A DNA stretch of 64,000 nt, from positions 1 through 64,000 of the forward strand of contig CAVPXI010000006.1 in NCBI GenBank assembly GCA_963709585.1. The letters run 5' to 3'. Below, in pieces: positions 8,977-21,601 of this stretch. This DNA is from Candidatus Dormiibacterota bacterium (GTDB lineage: Bacteria > Chloroflexota > Dormibacteria > Aeolococcales > Aeolococcaceae). Positions within the stretch are counted from its first letter, which is position 1. Each line of letters opens with the position of its first letter. A program made the translations under genes and the position numbers. A model generated the notes under the pieces. It worked only from the letters and a program-made list of their open reading frames with translations. It was not told where the DNA came from and searched no databases.

Positions 8977-9098
8977 ACGGAGGGGAGATCGTCCGGGCCG
9001 CAGCGAATTTGTGAGCGAGCGAGAGAGCGCGATAATTCATTTGCGCGAACGAGTGAGCGGGCAAGTCTGAGCAGCGGCCCGGACGATCTCCCCTCCGT
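8977..9098 (-). repeat. Palindromic intergenic element, copy 2
   Basis: Perfect 25-bp inverted repeat (8977-9001 / 9074-9098); core shared with copy 1. Confidence 0.85.
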
Positions 9099-9127
9099 CG
9101 GCACAGCGTGGGGCCTACGCGGAGCAA

Positions 9128-9825
9128 TTACCCGGAGAAGCGGTACCCGATACCCGGCACGGAGTGGATGTAGGTCGGCTTCTCCGCGTCCGGCTCGATC
9201 TTGCGCCTCAGGCGGTACACATGCGCGTCGACGGTGCGTGTCTCGATCTCGACCTCGTAGCCCCAAACGCGACGGAGCAATTCTCCGCGGCTCATCACCT
9301 GACCGGGGCGTGACGCAAGCAGCGCGAGCAGGTTGAACTCCGTCAGGGTGAGCATCACTTCCTCACCATCGCGGAATACCTGGCGACGTCCGAGGTCGAT
9401 GGTGAGTCCGGGAAACTCGAAGCGGTCGCGGGGCTGCTCCTGCGCGGAGATCTCGCTGCGGCGCAGGTGCGCTCCGATACGCGCCATCAGCTCGCGTACC
9501 TCGAACGGCTTGGTCACGTAGTCGTCGGCACCGAGCTCGAGGCCGACCACAACGTCGATGGTGTCGCTCTTTGCGGTGAGCATGATGATCGGCACCCGTG
9601 CACCCTCGGCGCGCAGGCGCCGGCAGACGTCGAGCCCGCTCATGCCGGGGAGATTGACGTCAAGAATGATCAGGTCGGGGTTCTGCTCGCGAGCGAGGTT
9701 GAGCCCCTCGACACCGGTTGCGGCTTCGATGAGCGTGTGGTTCTGCGCACTGGTCGCCAGGCGCACGACCTCGCGGCTGGGCGGGTCGTCCTCGACGATG
9801 AGAATGGTCTTTCCGGCTCCGCTCA

Positions 9826-9826
<1 letters not shown>
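9128..9826 (-). CDS. OmpR/PhoB-family response regulator
   Basis: REC (VEDD, LDVNLP, KPF) plus winged helix (LTLTEF, RTVDAHVYRLRRK, GIGYRF). Confidence 0.96.
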
Positions 9827-11552
<1,726 letters not shown>

Positions 11553-11556
<4 letters not shown>

Positions 11557-12530
11557 GACCGGCGCCTTTGCAACTCCTCGACGAGTGCCGGGAGTACTTT
11601 CAGGGCATCGCCCACCACCCCCAGGTCGGCGAGTTTGAAGATTGGCGCGTTCTCGTCTCTGTTGACCGCAACAATTGCTTTCGCGCCCTTCATGCCAACT
11701 GTGTGCTGCATCGCCCCACTGATGCCGAACGCAAGGTAAACGGCGGGTTTGACAGTTTTGCCCGTCTGTCCGACCTGCATCGCGTAGGGCACCCAGCCGG
11801 CGTCGACGACTGCTCTGCTCGCGCCGACTGCGGCGTTGCCGAGCACCGAGGCAAGCTGGTCGAGCAGCTCGAAGTTCTTCGGATCACCGAGGCCGCGTCC
11901 GCCGCTGATGACGATCGGCGCCTCCTCCAGCTTGGGGCCGGCCGCAACGTCGGCGACCCGGTCGGTCACACGTGCCGACTTGTGCTTCTCACCGATCGGA
12001 GAGGTGACCGGGATGACCGTGGCGGCAGCGCCCCCGCTCGGGTCGGCCACGAACGACTTGGGCCGGATGATCGCGATCGCGGGGGCGCCGCTCTCGAACC
12101 GCGTCGCCACGTTGAGGGTGGCTCCGAAGACGGACGAGTGCACCGAGATGCCGTCGCCGTCGGACACGTCGAGGCCGTTGGCGATCACCGGCACCCCGAG
12201 CTTCGCGGCCAGCCTGCCGGCGACGTCGCGGGAGTTGTAGGTCATCGCGAAGAGCACCAGATCGGGTTTGTGCTCCTCGATCAGGGCCGCAAGCGCGTCG
12301 GCCGCCGGCCCGCCGAAGAGCAGCTCACCCCAGAGCGGGTCGGTCCCCGCAAAGAGCGTGGTGGCGCCGTGGGCGCCGAGCTCGGTCGCAGCGTCGGCGG
12401 CGTCGGGCGCAAAGGCGACGGCCTCAACCGTCCCGCCAAGCGATCGCGCCTTGGCCAGCAGCTCGAGAGCGACCGGCGCCGGTTTCCCGCCCGCGATCTC
12501 GGCGAACACCCAGACTTTTCCCAGAGCCAT
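11553..12530 (-). CDS. etfA: Electron transfer flavoprotein alpha subunit
   Basis: SGGRG, GASRAVVDAGW, QVGQTGKTV, GISGAMQH. Confidence 0.97.
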
Positions 12531-12533
12531 CGG

Positions 12534-13307
12534 TCAGATCACCTTCTTCTCGGCGAGGAAGTCGGCGATGCGTTTGTAGCCCTCGCCGTCGTCCTTGACG
12601 ATCGACCCCGCCGCCCGCTGGGGTGCGGGCTCGACGCCGCTGATGCTCTGGCCCGCCGTGGCGCCACCGGCGCCGTCGAGACCGAGGTCCCCGGACGTGA
12701 GGCGGTCGAGCGGCTTCGACTTGGCGCCCATGATTCCTTTGAGAGAGGGGTAGCGGGGCTCGTTGACCCCGGCGGTCACGCTCACGACCGCGGGCAGCCC
12801 GGCCTCCACGAGGTCGTATCCGGCCTCGGTCTGGCGCTTCACCTTCAGGGTCGTGCCGTCAACCTCGATCGACTTCGCAAAGGTGACCGCGGGGACGTCG
12901 AGGAGCTCCGCGATCATCTGCGGTACGACGCCGGTATATCCGTCGGTCGATTCGGTGGCGGTGATCACCAGGTCGAACCCCTCGCGGCGGATCGCCGCGG
13001 CGAGGACTCGCGCGGTCGTGAGCGCATCAGAGCCACGCAACCCGTCGTCGGAGATCAGGATGCCCTTGGCCGCACCCATGGCCAGGGCCTTGCGGACCGC
13101 GTCGATGCCGCGTTCCGGGCCCATCGAGACGACGGTCACCTCGCCTCCCTGCGCTTCCGCGAGCTGGAGCCCCGCCTCGACTCCGAACTCATCGCCGGGG
13201 TCGAGGACGACCTCGACCCCCTCGCGCTTGAGCAAATGCGTGGTCGGATCGAGCTGGCCGGTCGTGTTTGGGTCGGGGATCTGCTTGACGCAGACGACGA
13301 CCTTCAT
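12534..13307 (-). CDS. etfB: Electron transfer flavoprotein beta subunit
   Basis: VCVKQIPD, ALAMGA, NEPRYPSLKGIM. Confidence 0.97.
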   Translation of the reverse strand: MKVVVCVKQIPDPNTTGQLDPTTHLLKREGVEVVLDPGDEFGVEAGLQLAEAQGGEVTVVSMGPERGIDAVRKALAMGAAKGILISDDGLRGSDALTTARVLAAAIRREGFDLVITATESTDGYTGVVPQMIAELLDVPAVTFAKSIEVDGTTLKVKRQTEAGYDLVEAGLPAVVSVTAGVNEPRYPSLKGIMGAKSKPLDRLTSGDLGLDGAGGATAGQSISGVEPAPQRAAGSIVKDDGEGYKRIADFLAEKKVI

Positions 13308-13350
13308 GCGTGCCTCCGTGAGTCGCCTCGGGATCGAAACTCTAACCTAC

Positions 13351-14589
13351 CTACGCGCGAATGCCCGGATCGGGGCGACCCAGGGCGCTCGCGACGGCTC
13401 CGAGATCGACCTGCTGGCCCACCGGAACCTGCACCGCCTGGGGCTGGGTTGCGTCAAGAAGGTCCCCGAGCACGCCTTCACCCCAGCGCGAATCGGCGAG
13501 GGCAACGATTCCGTAGTGGTAGCGGCGCCCGCTCAGCCACCCCTCCCAGGAAGCGGCACCGGTGACCGCCTCGATCCCGGCGTCGCCGAGGTCATCCGGT
13601 CGCGTGACCGGCTCGCCGTCGAGCGACGCGACCGTCCAGCGTGCCTCAGGCCACCGACGCGCGGCGGCAGTGATCAGCGAGTGGAGACGGCGCTGCTCCG
13701 GCGCTCCGGCGGCATCGGGTCGCGGCCCGCTCAGCACCAGGATTCGTTCGCAGGTGATCGCATCGCGACCCCCGACGATCGCGCTCGGCTCCACACGCCA
13801 GCTCTCGGGAGGGCGGCGGTCCAGCACCGCGCGCCAACGGGCGCGGAGCCGGCGTCGATTCCGTTCGATGCGCGTGCCCTGCACGCCGCCGTTGCTCGAC
13901 GCGCCGCGCACGTGCTCGACGACCGATCGAGGCTGATAGACCACGCGCCCAGGGCCCGCGGCCAGCGCCAGGCAGAGGTCCACATCCTCGAAGTAGACGG
14001 GTGCGAAACGGGGGTCGAAGCCGCCGACGGCGATGAAGGCCGAGCGGCGGACGAGCAGGCATGCGGCCGACGCGTAGTCGACGGTTCGGCGGAAGTTGTA
14101 CTCGGGCCGGTTGGGGAGGTCGCCGTCGCCGTACTGACGAACCCTCGCGTCACGCCAGACGATCGAACCTGCCTCCTGCAGCCGGCCGTCGGGGTACAGC
14201 AGCTTCGAGGCAACCGCGGCCACGCCCGGATCGGAGTCGGCGACATCGACCAGCGGCTCGAGCCATCCGGGTCGCACCCACGCATCACTGTTGAGCAGCA
14301 GCAGGTATCGACCCCGCGCCATCGCGGCACCCTGGTTGGTGGCGGGGCCGAATCCGAGGTTGCGCGGGTTGCGAAGGGTGCGCGCACCACTGACCTGGGA
14401 GAGCTGATCGAGCGTTCCGTCCGTGGAGGCGTTGTCGACGATCACCAGCTCGTAGCGCGGCTCGGTGACCTCGGCGAGCAGGCGAAGCGCCTCTTTGGTG
14501 AGATCCCACCGGTTGTAGGTGAGCATCACCACGGTGACGTCGGGCCGGGCGACCTCCGGAAACCGGATCACGTTCGGCGCCGCTGCCAC
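13351..14589 (-). CDS. GT2 glycosyltransferase with degenerate C-terminal extension
   Basis: VDNASTDGT, NLGFG, LLNSD, YFEDVDLC. Confidence 0.9.
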   Translation of the reverse strand: MAAAPNVIRFPEVARPDVTVVMLTYNRWDLTKEALRLLAEVTEPRYELVIVDNASTDGTLDQLSQVSGARTLRNPRNLGFGPATNQGAAMARGRYLLLLNSDAWVRPGWLEPLVDVADSDPGVAAVASKLLYPDGRLQEAGSIVWRDARVRQYGDGDLPNRPEYNFRRTVDYASAACLLVRRSAFIAVGGFDPRFAPVYFEDVDLCLALAAGPGRVVYQPRSVVEHVRGASSNGGVQGTRIERNRRRLRARWRAVLDRRPPESWRVEPSAIVGGRDAITCERILVLSGPRPDAAGAPEQRRLHSLITAAARRWPEARWTVASLDGEPVTRPDDLGDAGIEAVTGAASWEGWLSGRRYHYGIVALADSRWGEGVLGDLLDATQPQAVQVPVGQQVDLGAVASALGRPDPGIRA

Positions 14590-15848
14590 CGCTGGTACCC
14601 CTCTCGGATCGGCCGCGCGAGGCGATGCTCCGGGGACGCCCGCAGGTGGTCGAGCTCCGACTGGACCCGGGAGAGCTCTGCCTGAAGCGCGATGCGCTCG
14701 TCGACAAGGCGCCGCTGGAGGATGGCGAGCGCTGAAGTGACCGCGTCCGGCTCGAGCGCCGTTCGTGCCGAGCCTGCGGTGCGCGGCAGCCGCTCGGCGA
14801 GCTCGGCAAGCGCGCCGTCGAGGGTCTGGACGGCTGCGTCGATGGCAACCGGGTGCTTGCCGGCCACGAGCCTCTGGATCGCCTCGGAGATGTCCGCGTG
14901 GATCACGGGGATCGCAGGGTCGAACCGCTCACGAAGTCCCAGGTCGATCGCCGAGACCGGAACCCCCAGCGACGCCGCGAGGTGCGCTCCCGCCGGCGAC
15001 ATGGCGACAACCGCCACCGAGCCGGACATCGCGGCCGCGATGTCGTCGAGCCCCACCCACTCCGGCAGGTGATGGACGCGCTCGGCGATCAGGCCCGGGA
15101 CGCTGAGAGTCCCACCGCGTGTCGGGTCGAGATTCACCACGACCACCGAGAGCTTGGGATCGGTGCTCAGTGTCGAGGCGATTGCGTCGACCAGGCGTTC
15201 GCCGCCGGGCGAGGCTGCAAGCTCCGGCACTCCCTCGATCACCAACCTCCGCCCCACGGGGAGTGCCCCGCACATCCGGAGGAGGTCGGCGCGCCTCCGA
15301 AGCGCGTCCGGCGAGAACACACGCCCGGCCAGGAGCACCGGGTCACCCGACTGCACGGCCGTCCCGCCGAGCCGCTCCTGGGTGGCGCGATCCCTGGCCC
15401 AGACATCCTTGCCCGCCAGGCCGGTCAGCGCGACTTCACCGCCAGCCGGGCCCACGGCGAACCAGGCAACCAAGGCAGCGGCGTCCCGGCCGCCCCGCGT
15501 TCCGGTGAGCGCCAGGGCGGCGACGCCGCGATCCGCAATCTCGTCAGCGGGCGCCGGATATCGCGGGGCCCAGTGCTGGTCATCGCCGAGCACGTCGCCG
15601 GCGATGATCAGCGCGTCGAGACCGAGGGAGCCGTTGGCGGCACCACGCGGTAGCGGGAGCGCGGGACGGCCCTCATCGCCGGGGATGGGACGCTCAGCGC
15701 CAAACGGGGCGAGCGCGGCGATGTCGATGTCCGGACGTCGACGGATCAGTTCCGATTCGAGGACACGGCGCAGGGCGACCTCGCCGAGTTCGCCGGTGTC
15801 GAACGCCCCGAAGAGCCCGACCACCGGCCGCGCAGCGGCACCGTTCAC
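14568..15848 (-). CDS. Polysaccharide pyruvyl transferase-like protein with C-terminal coiled coil
   Basis: GLFGAFDTGELGE (cf. G..N.GD), VWARD, GDPVLL, H..ASLGVP; GGAGG SD. Confidence 0.7.
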   Translation of the reverse strand: MNGAAARPVVGLFGAFDTGELGEVALRRVLESELIRRRPDIDIAALAPFGAERPIPGDEGRPALPLPRGAANGSLGLDALIIAGDVLGDDQHWAPRYPAPADEIADRGVAALALTGTRGGRDAAALVAWFAVGPAGGEVALTGLAGKDVWARDRATQERLGGTAVQSGDPVLLAGRVFSPDALRRRADLLRMCGALPVGRRLVIEGVPELAASPGGERLVDAIASTLSTDPKLSVVVVNLDPTRGGTLSVPGLIAERVHHLPEWVGLDDIAAAMSGSVAVVAMSPAGAHLAASLGVPVSAIDLGLRERFDPAIPVIHADISEAIQRLVAGKHPVAIDAAVQTLDGALAELAERLPRTAGSARTALEPDAVTSALAILQRRLVDERIALQAELSRVQSELDHLRASPEHRLARPIREGYQRWQRRRT

Positions 15849-15984
15849 GTGATGCCTCCGTGTGGTAGCAGGCGAATCGGGGGATCCTCACGTCTCAGGA
15901 CCGGCTCAGGGAACGCGCCTGGCCGCCGGTGAGAATGGGGACGCCACCCACCATAAAGCAAGTCGAAACCAAAGGAGCATGGGG

Positions 15985-16564
15985 ATGTTCGGGAATCTCT
16001 TCACCAAGCGGCTCGCAATCAGCGCGGCTGCGTTCGCGGTTGTCGCGGTCGCGGGGATCGCGACCGTGTCGATCATCCCGGCCATCGCTGCCGGCGTGAG
16101 CGGCGGCAACGCGAGGACGCTCGCGGCCACGCCCGTGCCGGGCACCCCCAAAACCGGCAAATCGGGGGCCCGGGCTGTCGCAGCAAGGCGCATCGCCCTG
16201 GCCCTCTACCGGGAGTTGGTCAAGGAGACCGGTCTCAGCCGCACCACCGTCCTGAAGGATCTCCTCAACGGCGAGACGCTCGCGCAGATCGACGGGTCCA
16301 AGGCGCAGGCGGTGGAGAGTGCCGTGATGGCCAGGATCACCACCCGCCTGAACAAAGCCGTCGCCGCCGGCAAGATCACCCAGACGCAGGCAACGACGCT
16401 GAGCAGCGCCGCTACCGCAGGGATCAGCAAGCTCGATGGACCTGAATCTCAGCACCTACATCCGGGTTCGCTTCGGCGGGCTCGCGAAGACGCCGTCTGT
16501 GTCGACGCCCCCCACGTCGACGACGTCCCCCGCCGCGGTCACGGGATCGAGTTCCGCGCTCTGA
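15985..16564 (+). CDS. Secreted/membrane-anchored helical protein of unknown function; apparent +1 frameshift near 16435
   Basis: AAGGAG SD, N-terminal hydrophobic segment, GETLAQI and AVAAGKITQTQA motifs; alternative frame gives MDLNLSTYI...S/T/P-rich tail ending at 16564, before ppi. Confidence 0.7.
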
Positions 16565-16615
16565 TCCGATCGGCGGTCCGGCAGTCTATCCGGCCACCCC
16601 GGGTAGACTGCCTCG

Positions 16616-17092
16616 ATGCCCAAGAAGTACACAGCCGCCGAGCAGGTCATCGATCCCGCGAAGCGCTACATGGCGACCATCACGACCGATCGCGGCGACA
16701 TCGTCATCGCGCTCGACCCGGCGCGCGCGCCGAAGTCGGTCAACAACTTCGTGTTCCTCGCCCGCGACGGCTTCTACGACGGCCTGACGTTCCATCGCGT
16801 CGTCGATGACTTCGTCATCCAGGCCGGCTGTCCCGAAGGGACCGGTCGCGGCGGTCCGGGATACCGCTTCGAGGATGAGCCCGTCCAGGGTGAGTACGAA
16901 GCGGGCGCGGTCGCCATGGCGAACTCAGGCCCGAACACCAACGGCTCACAGTTCTTCATCTGCACGGTCGACGATCGCCATAAGCTCACCAAGGCCTACA
17001 ACCTGTTCGGACAGGTCGTGAAAGGCATGGACGTGGTGGGGGCGGTCCGCAAGGACGAGGTGATGCGCTCGGTGACAATCGTCGAGGAGTGA
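16616..17092 (+). CDS. Cyclophilin-type peptidyl-prolyl isomerase
   Basis: FYDGLTFHRVV, AMANSGPNTNGSQFFI. Confidence 0.96.
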   Translation: MPKKYTAAEQVIDPAKRYMATITTDRGDIVIALDPARAPKSVNNFVFLARDGFYDGLTFHRVVDDFVIQAGCPEGTGRGGPGYRFEDEPVQGEYEAGAVAMANSGPNTNGSQFFICTVDDRHKLTKAYNLFGQVVKGMDVVGAVRKDEVMRSVTIVEE

Positions 17093-17955
17093 TGGCAGAT
17101 TCAGGACTGCGTCTCATGGCCGTGCACGCGCATGAAGATGACGAGACGATCACCATGGGGGGCACGCTCGCCACGTACGCCGATCGCGGCGTGAAGACGT
17201 GTGTCGTGTGCTGCACCGACGGCAAGCTCGCCACCATCGTCGACCCGAACATGCCCGAGGAGACCACGCGGCCGCGCCTGGCGGAGATTCGCGAAGCCGA
17301 GTTGCGCGAGGCCTGTCGGATCCTCAACGTTGACGAGGTCGAGTTCCTTCGCTACGGCGATTCCGGCATGGCCGATACACCGACCAACCAGCTGCCCGAC
17401 GCCTTCTGGATGGCGCCGATCAACGAGGCGACCGGGAAGATCGTCGCCCAGATCCGCCGCTTCCGTCCGCACGTTGTGGTCACCTATGACGGCAACGGTG
17501 GCTACGGCCACCCCGATCACATCCAGACCCACCGCGCAACTCTGCTCGCCGTCGAGGCGGCTCGCCTGGTGCCGATGTACAAGGACGCCGGCGACCCGTG
17601 GCGCGTCGAGAAGCTCTACTACACCGCGTTTCCGAGGTCCCAGTTCGAGCGCATCGTCGAGATGGCGAAGCAGGCCGGGATCGATCCGCCCTTCGGCGAG
17701 GCGAACCCCGACGAGATGGCGTTCCTCACCCCCGATGAGGACGTGACCACGACCATCGACTGCGTCGACGTGATCGGGCGCAAGCGCGAGGCGCTGCGGG
17801 CGCATCACAGTCAGATCTCCGAGGACTGGCCGCAGCTCTCCATGCCCGACGACGTGCTCAAGGAGTTCGCCGACGAGTACTTCCAGCTCGTGATCTCGCG
17901 CAAGCCGGCGGTGTTGCCGGAGACCGACCTCTTCAGCGGCGTGGAGCCTGGTTAG
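17092..17955 (+). CDS. PIG-L family deacetylase/amidase (Mca/MshB-like)
   Basis: VHAHEDDE, GGYGHPDHI, ALRAHHSQI. Confidence 0.9.
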   Translation: MADSGLRLMAVHAHEDDETITMGGTLATYADRGVKTCVVCCTDGKLATIVDPNMPEETTRPRLAEIREAELREACRILNVDEVEFLRYGDSGMADTPTNQLPDAFWMAPINEATGKIVAQIRRFRPHVVVTYDGNGGYGHPDHIQTHRATLLAVEAARLVPMYKDAGDPWRVEKLYYTAFPRSQFERIVEMAKQAGIDPPFGEANPDEMAFLTPDEDVTTTIDCVDVIGRKREALRAHHSQISEDWPQLSMPDDVLKEFADEYFQLVISRKPAVLPETDLFSGVEPG

Positions 17956-18003
17956 AGGCTCTCCTGCCCAATCCGCGGGTAAGTTGAGGGTTGGTTGAAC
18001 GCG

Positions 18004-18573
18004 TTACTGGCCTATGCGTCCGTCAATCCGTTCACGCAACAGGTCGGCGTGACCGATGTGGCGAGCGTACTCGTGGATCATTCCGACCAACGCCTCGCGC
18101 AGCGACATCGTCCCTCCACCACTTCCATGCTGATTCAAGGGATCGGCGCCAGTGATATCGAGACTGGGTGCCTCGGCCACAAACCGCGCCGCGAAGTCCA
18201 CCTCCGCGCGCCATGCATCCCAAGCCTCAGCAACCACATGGGGGTCGGGAACAGCACCATCGAAATCACCGTCACGGTCAGTGTCGGAGCAGAACAGCCG
18301 GGGCACCTCCTGCCCCGCCATCATCGCCCGGAACGTCGCGCGCTCCATCTCGGCCAGGTGTCGCACCAGCCCCAGGAGCGACATCGTCGACGGCTCGACG
18401 GAACGCCGCGCCATAGCATCCGCAGCAAGCCCTGAGCATTTCATCTCCAACGTGAGGCGACAACACCGCAGGACTTCGGCCAGCGTGGCGCGCTCGTCGC
18501 CCAACGTTGGTCCGTTCTCACGCGGGTCGTCTTTGAGATCGATGAACATGTCGGCTCGGCGGGTCGTGGTCAT
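18004..18573 (-). CDS. DinB/DUF664-family protein (thiol S-transferase-like)
   Basis: SLLGLVRHLAEME, EYARHIGHADLLRERIDG. Confidence 0.9.
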   Translation of the reverse strand: MTTTRRADMFIDLKDDPRENGPTLGDERATLAEVLRCCRLTLEMKCSGLAADAMARRSVEPSTMSLLGLVRHLAEMERATFRAMMAGQEVPRLFCSDTDRDGDFDGAVPDPHVVAEAWDAWRAEVDFAARFVAEAPSLDITGADPLNQHGSGGGTMSLREALVGMIHEYARHIGHADLLRERIDGRIGQ

Positions 18574-18578
18574 GACCG

Positions 18579-19379
18579 CTAGCGTCTGGTGGACGGCGGC
18601 GCCGCCAAATGGCGCGCCTTCACGGCGTCCAGGTCTCGCTCGGCGAACAGCCGGTGCACCCACTCTTCATTGAGAATCACGAGCAGGCACTGACGGACTG
18701 GGTAGCTGCGGGGCTCCGGCCAGCCCGGTCCTCCGACCGCATCGGTCTGGCCGTCCAACGATTCGTCGCTCAACCCATTGATCACCTGACGCACGGTGGA
18801 CATCCGGTCGCGGCGCAGCTCGAGTACCAGGTCCAGCGAGGGTCGTACGTCGCGGTCGCGAGGCACCCCAGGCGTGTCCGGCATCTCGTCCCAGGGCAGA
18901 TCGAGGGGATGCCACGGCGACGAATCGCCGAGGATTGCCCGTCTGATCCAGGCGTCGGTGGCGAAGACCAGATGGCGCAGGGTCTCGATGAACGACCACT
19001 CGCCGTTGACCGACTCGTGCAGCAGTTCAGGTGGCAGGCGGCGGGCGTGTTCGACTGTCTCGCCCCAGAGCCGCTCGAGGATGTCCCACGCCTCGCGAAA
19101 GCCGGCTGGGTCTGTGGGGCGCATCTTCGGACGGAGGGGGTACCGCTTGTTGAGCTCCGCCTCGACCAGCGGCCCGATGTCGACGCCGTTGATCATCACG
19201 TTCTCGATGTCGCCGTTGATATGGACATCGTGCAGATCTACGCCACGCATCACCACCCTGGTCAGGTCGACCCCGCGGAAATCGGCGTCGGTCAGGTCGA
19301 CCGCGCGGAACCGCGCGCCGCTGAGTTCAGCGCGCTCGAACCGCGAGCCACGAAGATCGGCACGAATGAAGTCACGCAC
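18579..19379 (-). CDS. Pentapeptide-repeat + DinB fusion protein
   Basis: ADLRG/AELSG/VDLTD repeats; WSFIETLRHL; EEWVH. Confidence 0.88.
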   Translation of the reverse strand: MRDFIRADLRGSRFERAELSGARFRAVDLTDADFRGVDLTRVVMRGVDLHDVHINGDIENVMINGVDIGPLVEAELNKRYPLRPKMRPTDPAGFREAWDILERLWGETVEHARRLPPELLHESVNGEWSFIETLRHLVFATDAWIRRAILGDSSPWHPLDLPWDEMPDTPGVPRDRDVRPSLDLVLELRRDRMSTVRQVINGLSDESLDGQTDAVGGPGWPEPRSYPVRQCLLVILNEEWVHRLFAERDLDAVKARHLAAPPSTRR

Positions 19380-19396
19380 ACCGCGACCCTTCGGAA

Positions 19397-20569
19397 TCAG
19401 GCGCGTTCCAGCACCATCGCGATGCCCTGGCCGCCACCGATGCACAGCGCGGCTACACCCAGGTGTGCGTCACGCTTCTGCATCTCGTAGAGCAAGGTCA
19501 CGAGGATGCGCGTCCCACTGGCGCCGATGGGATGGCCGATCGCAATTGCTCCCCCGTTGACATTCAGCCGCTCCTCGGGCACCGCGAGCTCGCGACCCAC
19601 AGCGACTGCTTGAGACGCGAATGCTTCGTTCAGCTCGAAGAGGTCGATGTCGCGCAGCTCGACGCCGGCCTTCTGGAGCGCCGACCGGACCGCCGGCACT
19701 GGACCCATGCCCATGATGCGCGGGGCGACGCCGGCGCTGGAGTAGCCGCGAATCCGAGCCAGGGGAACGCGATTCTCGGCCCTCGCCCGTGATGCGCTCA
19801 TGACCACGACCGCGGCGGCGCCGTCGTTGATGCCGCTCGCGTTTCCCGCCGTGACGGTGCCGTCTTTGGCGAAGGCCGCACGCAACGCCGCGAGCGTCTC
19901 CGCGGTGATCCCGGGCCGGGGATGTTCGTCCGTATCGATCAGCACGGTCTCCTTCTTGCGCTGCACCGGCACAGGCACGATCTCGTCCTTGAATCGACCG
20001 CTCTTGATCGCTGCTTCAGCCTTCTGCTGCGACCCCGCGGCAAACGCATCCTGGTCCTCGCGGCTGACCTCGAACTCGCGCGCGATGTTCTCCGCCGTGC
20101 TGCCCATGTGGCAGTCATCGAACGCGCACCAGAGGCCGTCACGGATCATCTCGTCGACCAGCTGCCCGTGGCCGAGCCGGTAGCCGTACCGGCCGTTGTC
20201 CATCAGATACGGCGCGCGCGACATGTTCTCCATGCCGCCCGCGATCAGGCAATCGGCGTCGCCGGCGCGGATGGCCTGAGCCGCGAGGGCGACGGTCTTG
20301 AGCCCGCTGCCGCAGACCTTGTTGATGGTGGTCGACGGCACGCTCTCGGCAAGCCCCGCACCGATCGCCGACTGACGCGCGGTGTTCTGACCGAGGCCGG
20401 CCTGGAGCACGTTGCCCATGAGCACCTCGTCCACCGAGTTGATACCGGCGCGCCGTAGTGCCTCTTCAATGGCAATTGCCCCGAGCCTCGTGGCGGGCAC
20501 CTCGGTGAAGGCACCCCCGAAGGTGCCGACCGGCGTCCGCACGGCGCTGACGATGACGGCGTCTTCCAT
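19397..20569 (-). CDS. Acetyl-CoA C-acetyltransferase (thiolase)
   Basis: [27 protein letters not shown]. Confidence 0.97.
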   Translation of the reverse strand: MEDAVIVSAVRTPVGTFGGAFTEVPATRLGAIAIEEALRRAGINSVDEVLMGNVLQAGLGQNTARQSAIGAGLAESVPSTTINKVCGSGLKTVALAAQAIRAGDADCLIAGGMENMSRAPYLMDNGRYGYRLGHGQLVDEMIRDGLWCAFDDCHMGSTAENIAREFEVSREDQDAFAAGSQQKAEAAIKSGRFKDEIVPVPVQRKKETVLIDTDEHPRPGITAETLAALRAAFAKDGTVTAGNASGINDGAAAVVVMSASRARAENRVPLARIRGYSSAGVAPRIMGMGPVPAVRSALQKAGVELRDIDLFELNEAFASQAVAVGRELAVPEERLNVNGGAIAIGHPIGASGTRILVTLLYEMQKRDAHLGVAALCIGGGQGIAMVLERA

Positions 20570-20579
20570 GCCGTCCACT

Positions 20580-21539
20580 CTACGCCGCGGTCTTGGACGG
20601 CAGGTTCAGGTTGGCTCCGAACGCGACGGCGTAGCGATCGCGGAACCCCGTCACGTCGAAACGGTGCCGTTGCGGTCCGTGCTGCTCGACGACATAGGCC
20701 GCCGCGAGCGACCCCATACGCCCAGCCACCTCAGGCGACGCGCCGGCCCGGAAACCGGTGACCAGGCCGGCGATATAGGCGTCTCCCGCGCCGGTCGGAT
20801 CGACCACCTCACTCACGGGTGCCACAGGAATCACCGCGATGCCTCCGGGGCTGTGGAGTTCGCTCCCGGCCGCCCCGCGGGTCACCGCGACCATACGCGC
20901 CGCGCTGAGCGAGCCGATGGACAGACCGGTTCGCTCCCGGATCATCTCGAACTCGTAGTCGTTGCCCCCGACAAGCCATGCCTGGTCGAGGCCGCGGCGT
21001 AGGTCTTCATCGCGCATGGCGGGGATCTGCTGCGCCGGCACGAAGACCAGCCGGGCGCCGAGCGCTCCGGCCTGCTCGACGTGCAGGGCCATCGCCCCGG
21101 CATCATCGGCGCCGACGACCACCTCGGAGATGTCGCTGAGCACGCTCAGGTCGACGCCCGCTGCGCGCGCCATCGCACCCGGGTAGAACGCGGTGATCTG
21201 GTTGCCATCCCGGTCGGTCGTGATGAACGCGGTTGCGGTGCCGACCTCGTCGCAGGTGAGCACCGCGGACGTGTCCACACCCTCGAACTCCAGCGCTGCG
21301 GCGTAATCGACGAAATCACCGCCGCCCACGGCTGCGCAGAGCAGCGGCTGCTCGCCGAGCAGCGCCATCGAGAAGCAGATATTCGTAGCAGTTCCGCCCC
21401 GGCGCTTCTCGAGCCGCTCGACGAGAAACGCGACGTTGAGCTGGTTGGTCTTCTCGGGCAGGATGTGGTCGCCGAAGCGACCGGCGAACTCCATGATCGT
21501 GTCGAAGGCGACCGATCCGGTGACCGCGATTCGTCCCAC
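20580..21539 (-). CDS. adoK: PfkB-family adenosine kinase (mycobacterial AdoK-like)
   Basis: [25 protein letters not shown]...FLV...RGG N-terminus; FYPGAM; DPTGAGDAY. Confidence 0.82.
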   Translation of the reverse strand: MGRIAVTGSVAFDTIMEFAGRFGDHILPEKTNQLNVAFLVERLEKRRGGTATNICFSMALLGEQPLLCAAVGGGDFVDYAAALEFEGVDTSAVLTCDEVGTATAFITTDRDGNQITAFYPGAMARAAGVDLSVLSDISEVVVGADDAGAMALHVEQAGALGARLVFVPAQQIPAMRDEDLRRGLDQAWLVGGNDYEFEMIRERTGLSIGSLSAARMVAVTRGAAGSELHSPGGIAVIPVAPVSEVVDPTGAGDAYIAGLVTGFRAGASPEVAGRMGSLAAAYVVEQHGPQRHRFDVTGFRDRYAVAFGANLNLPSKTAA

Positions 21540-21601
21540 AGCCGGGGCAGGATAGCCACCCCGACGTGCCCGCCGTACGGCGAGCGGCGACAATGAGACC
21601 G

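Noticed and set aside
11568-14685. Long + strand ORFs (665 and 640 aa) and many similar antisense ORFs across the window
   Set aside because: Shadow ORFs opposite well-supported genes, expected at high GC; no motifs
17951-17976. Minus-strand RIGQESL* echoing the DinB C-terminus (RIGQ*)
   Set aside because: Too short to distinguish from chance
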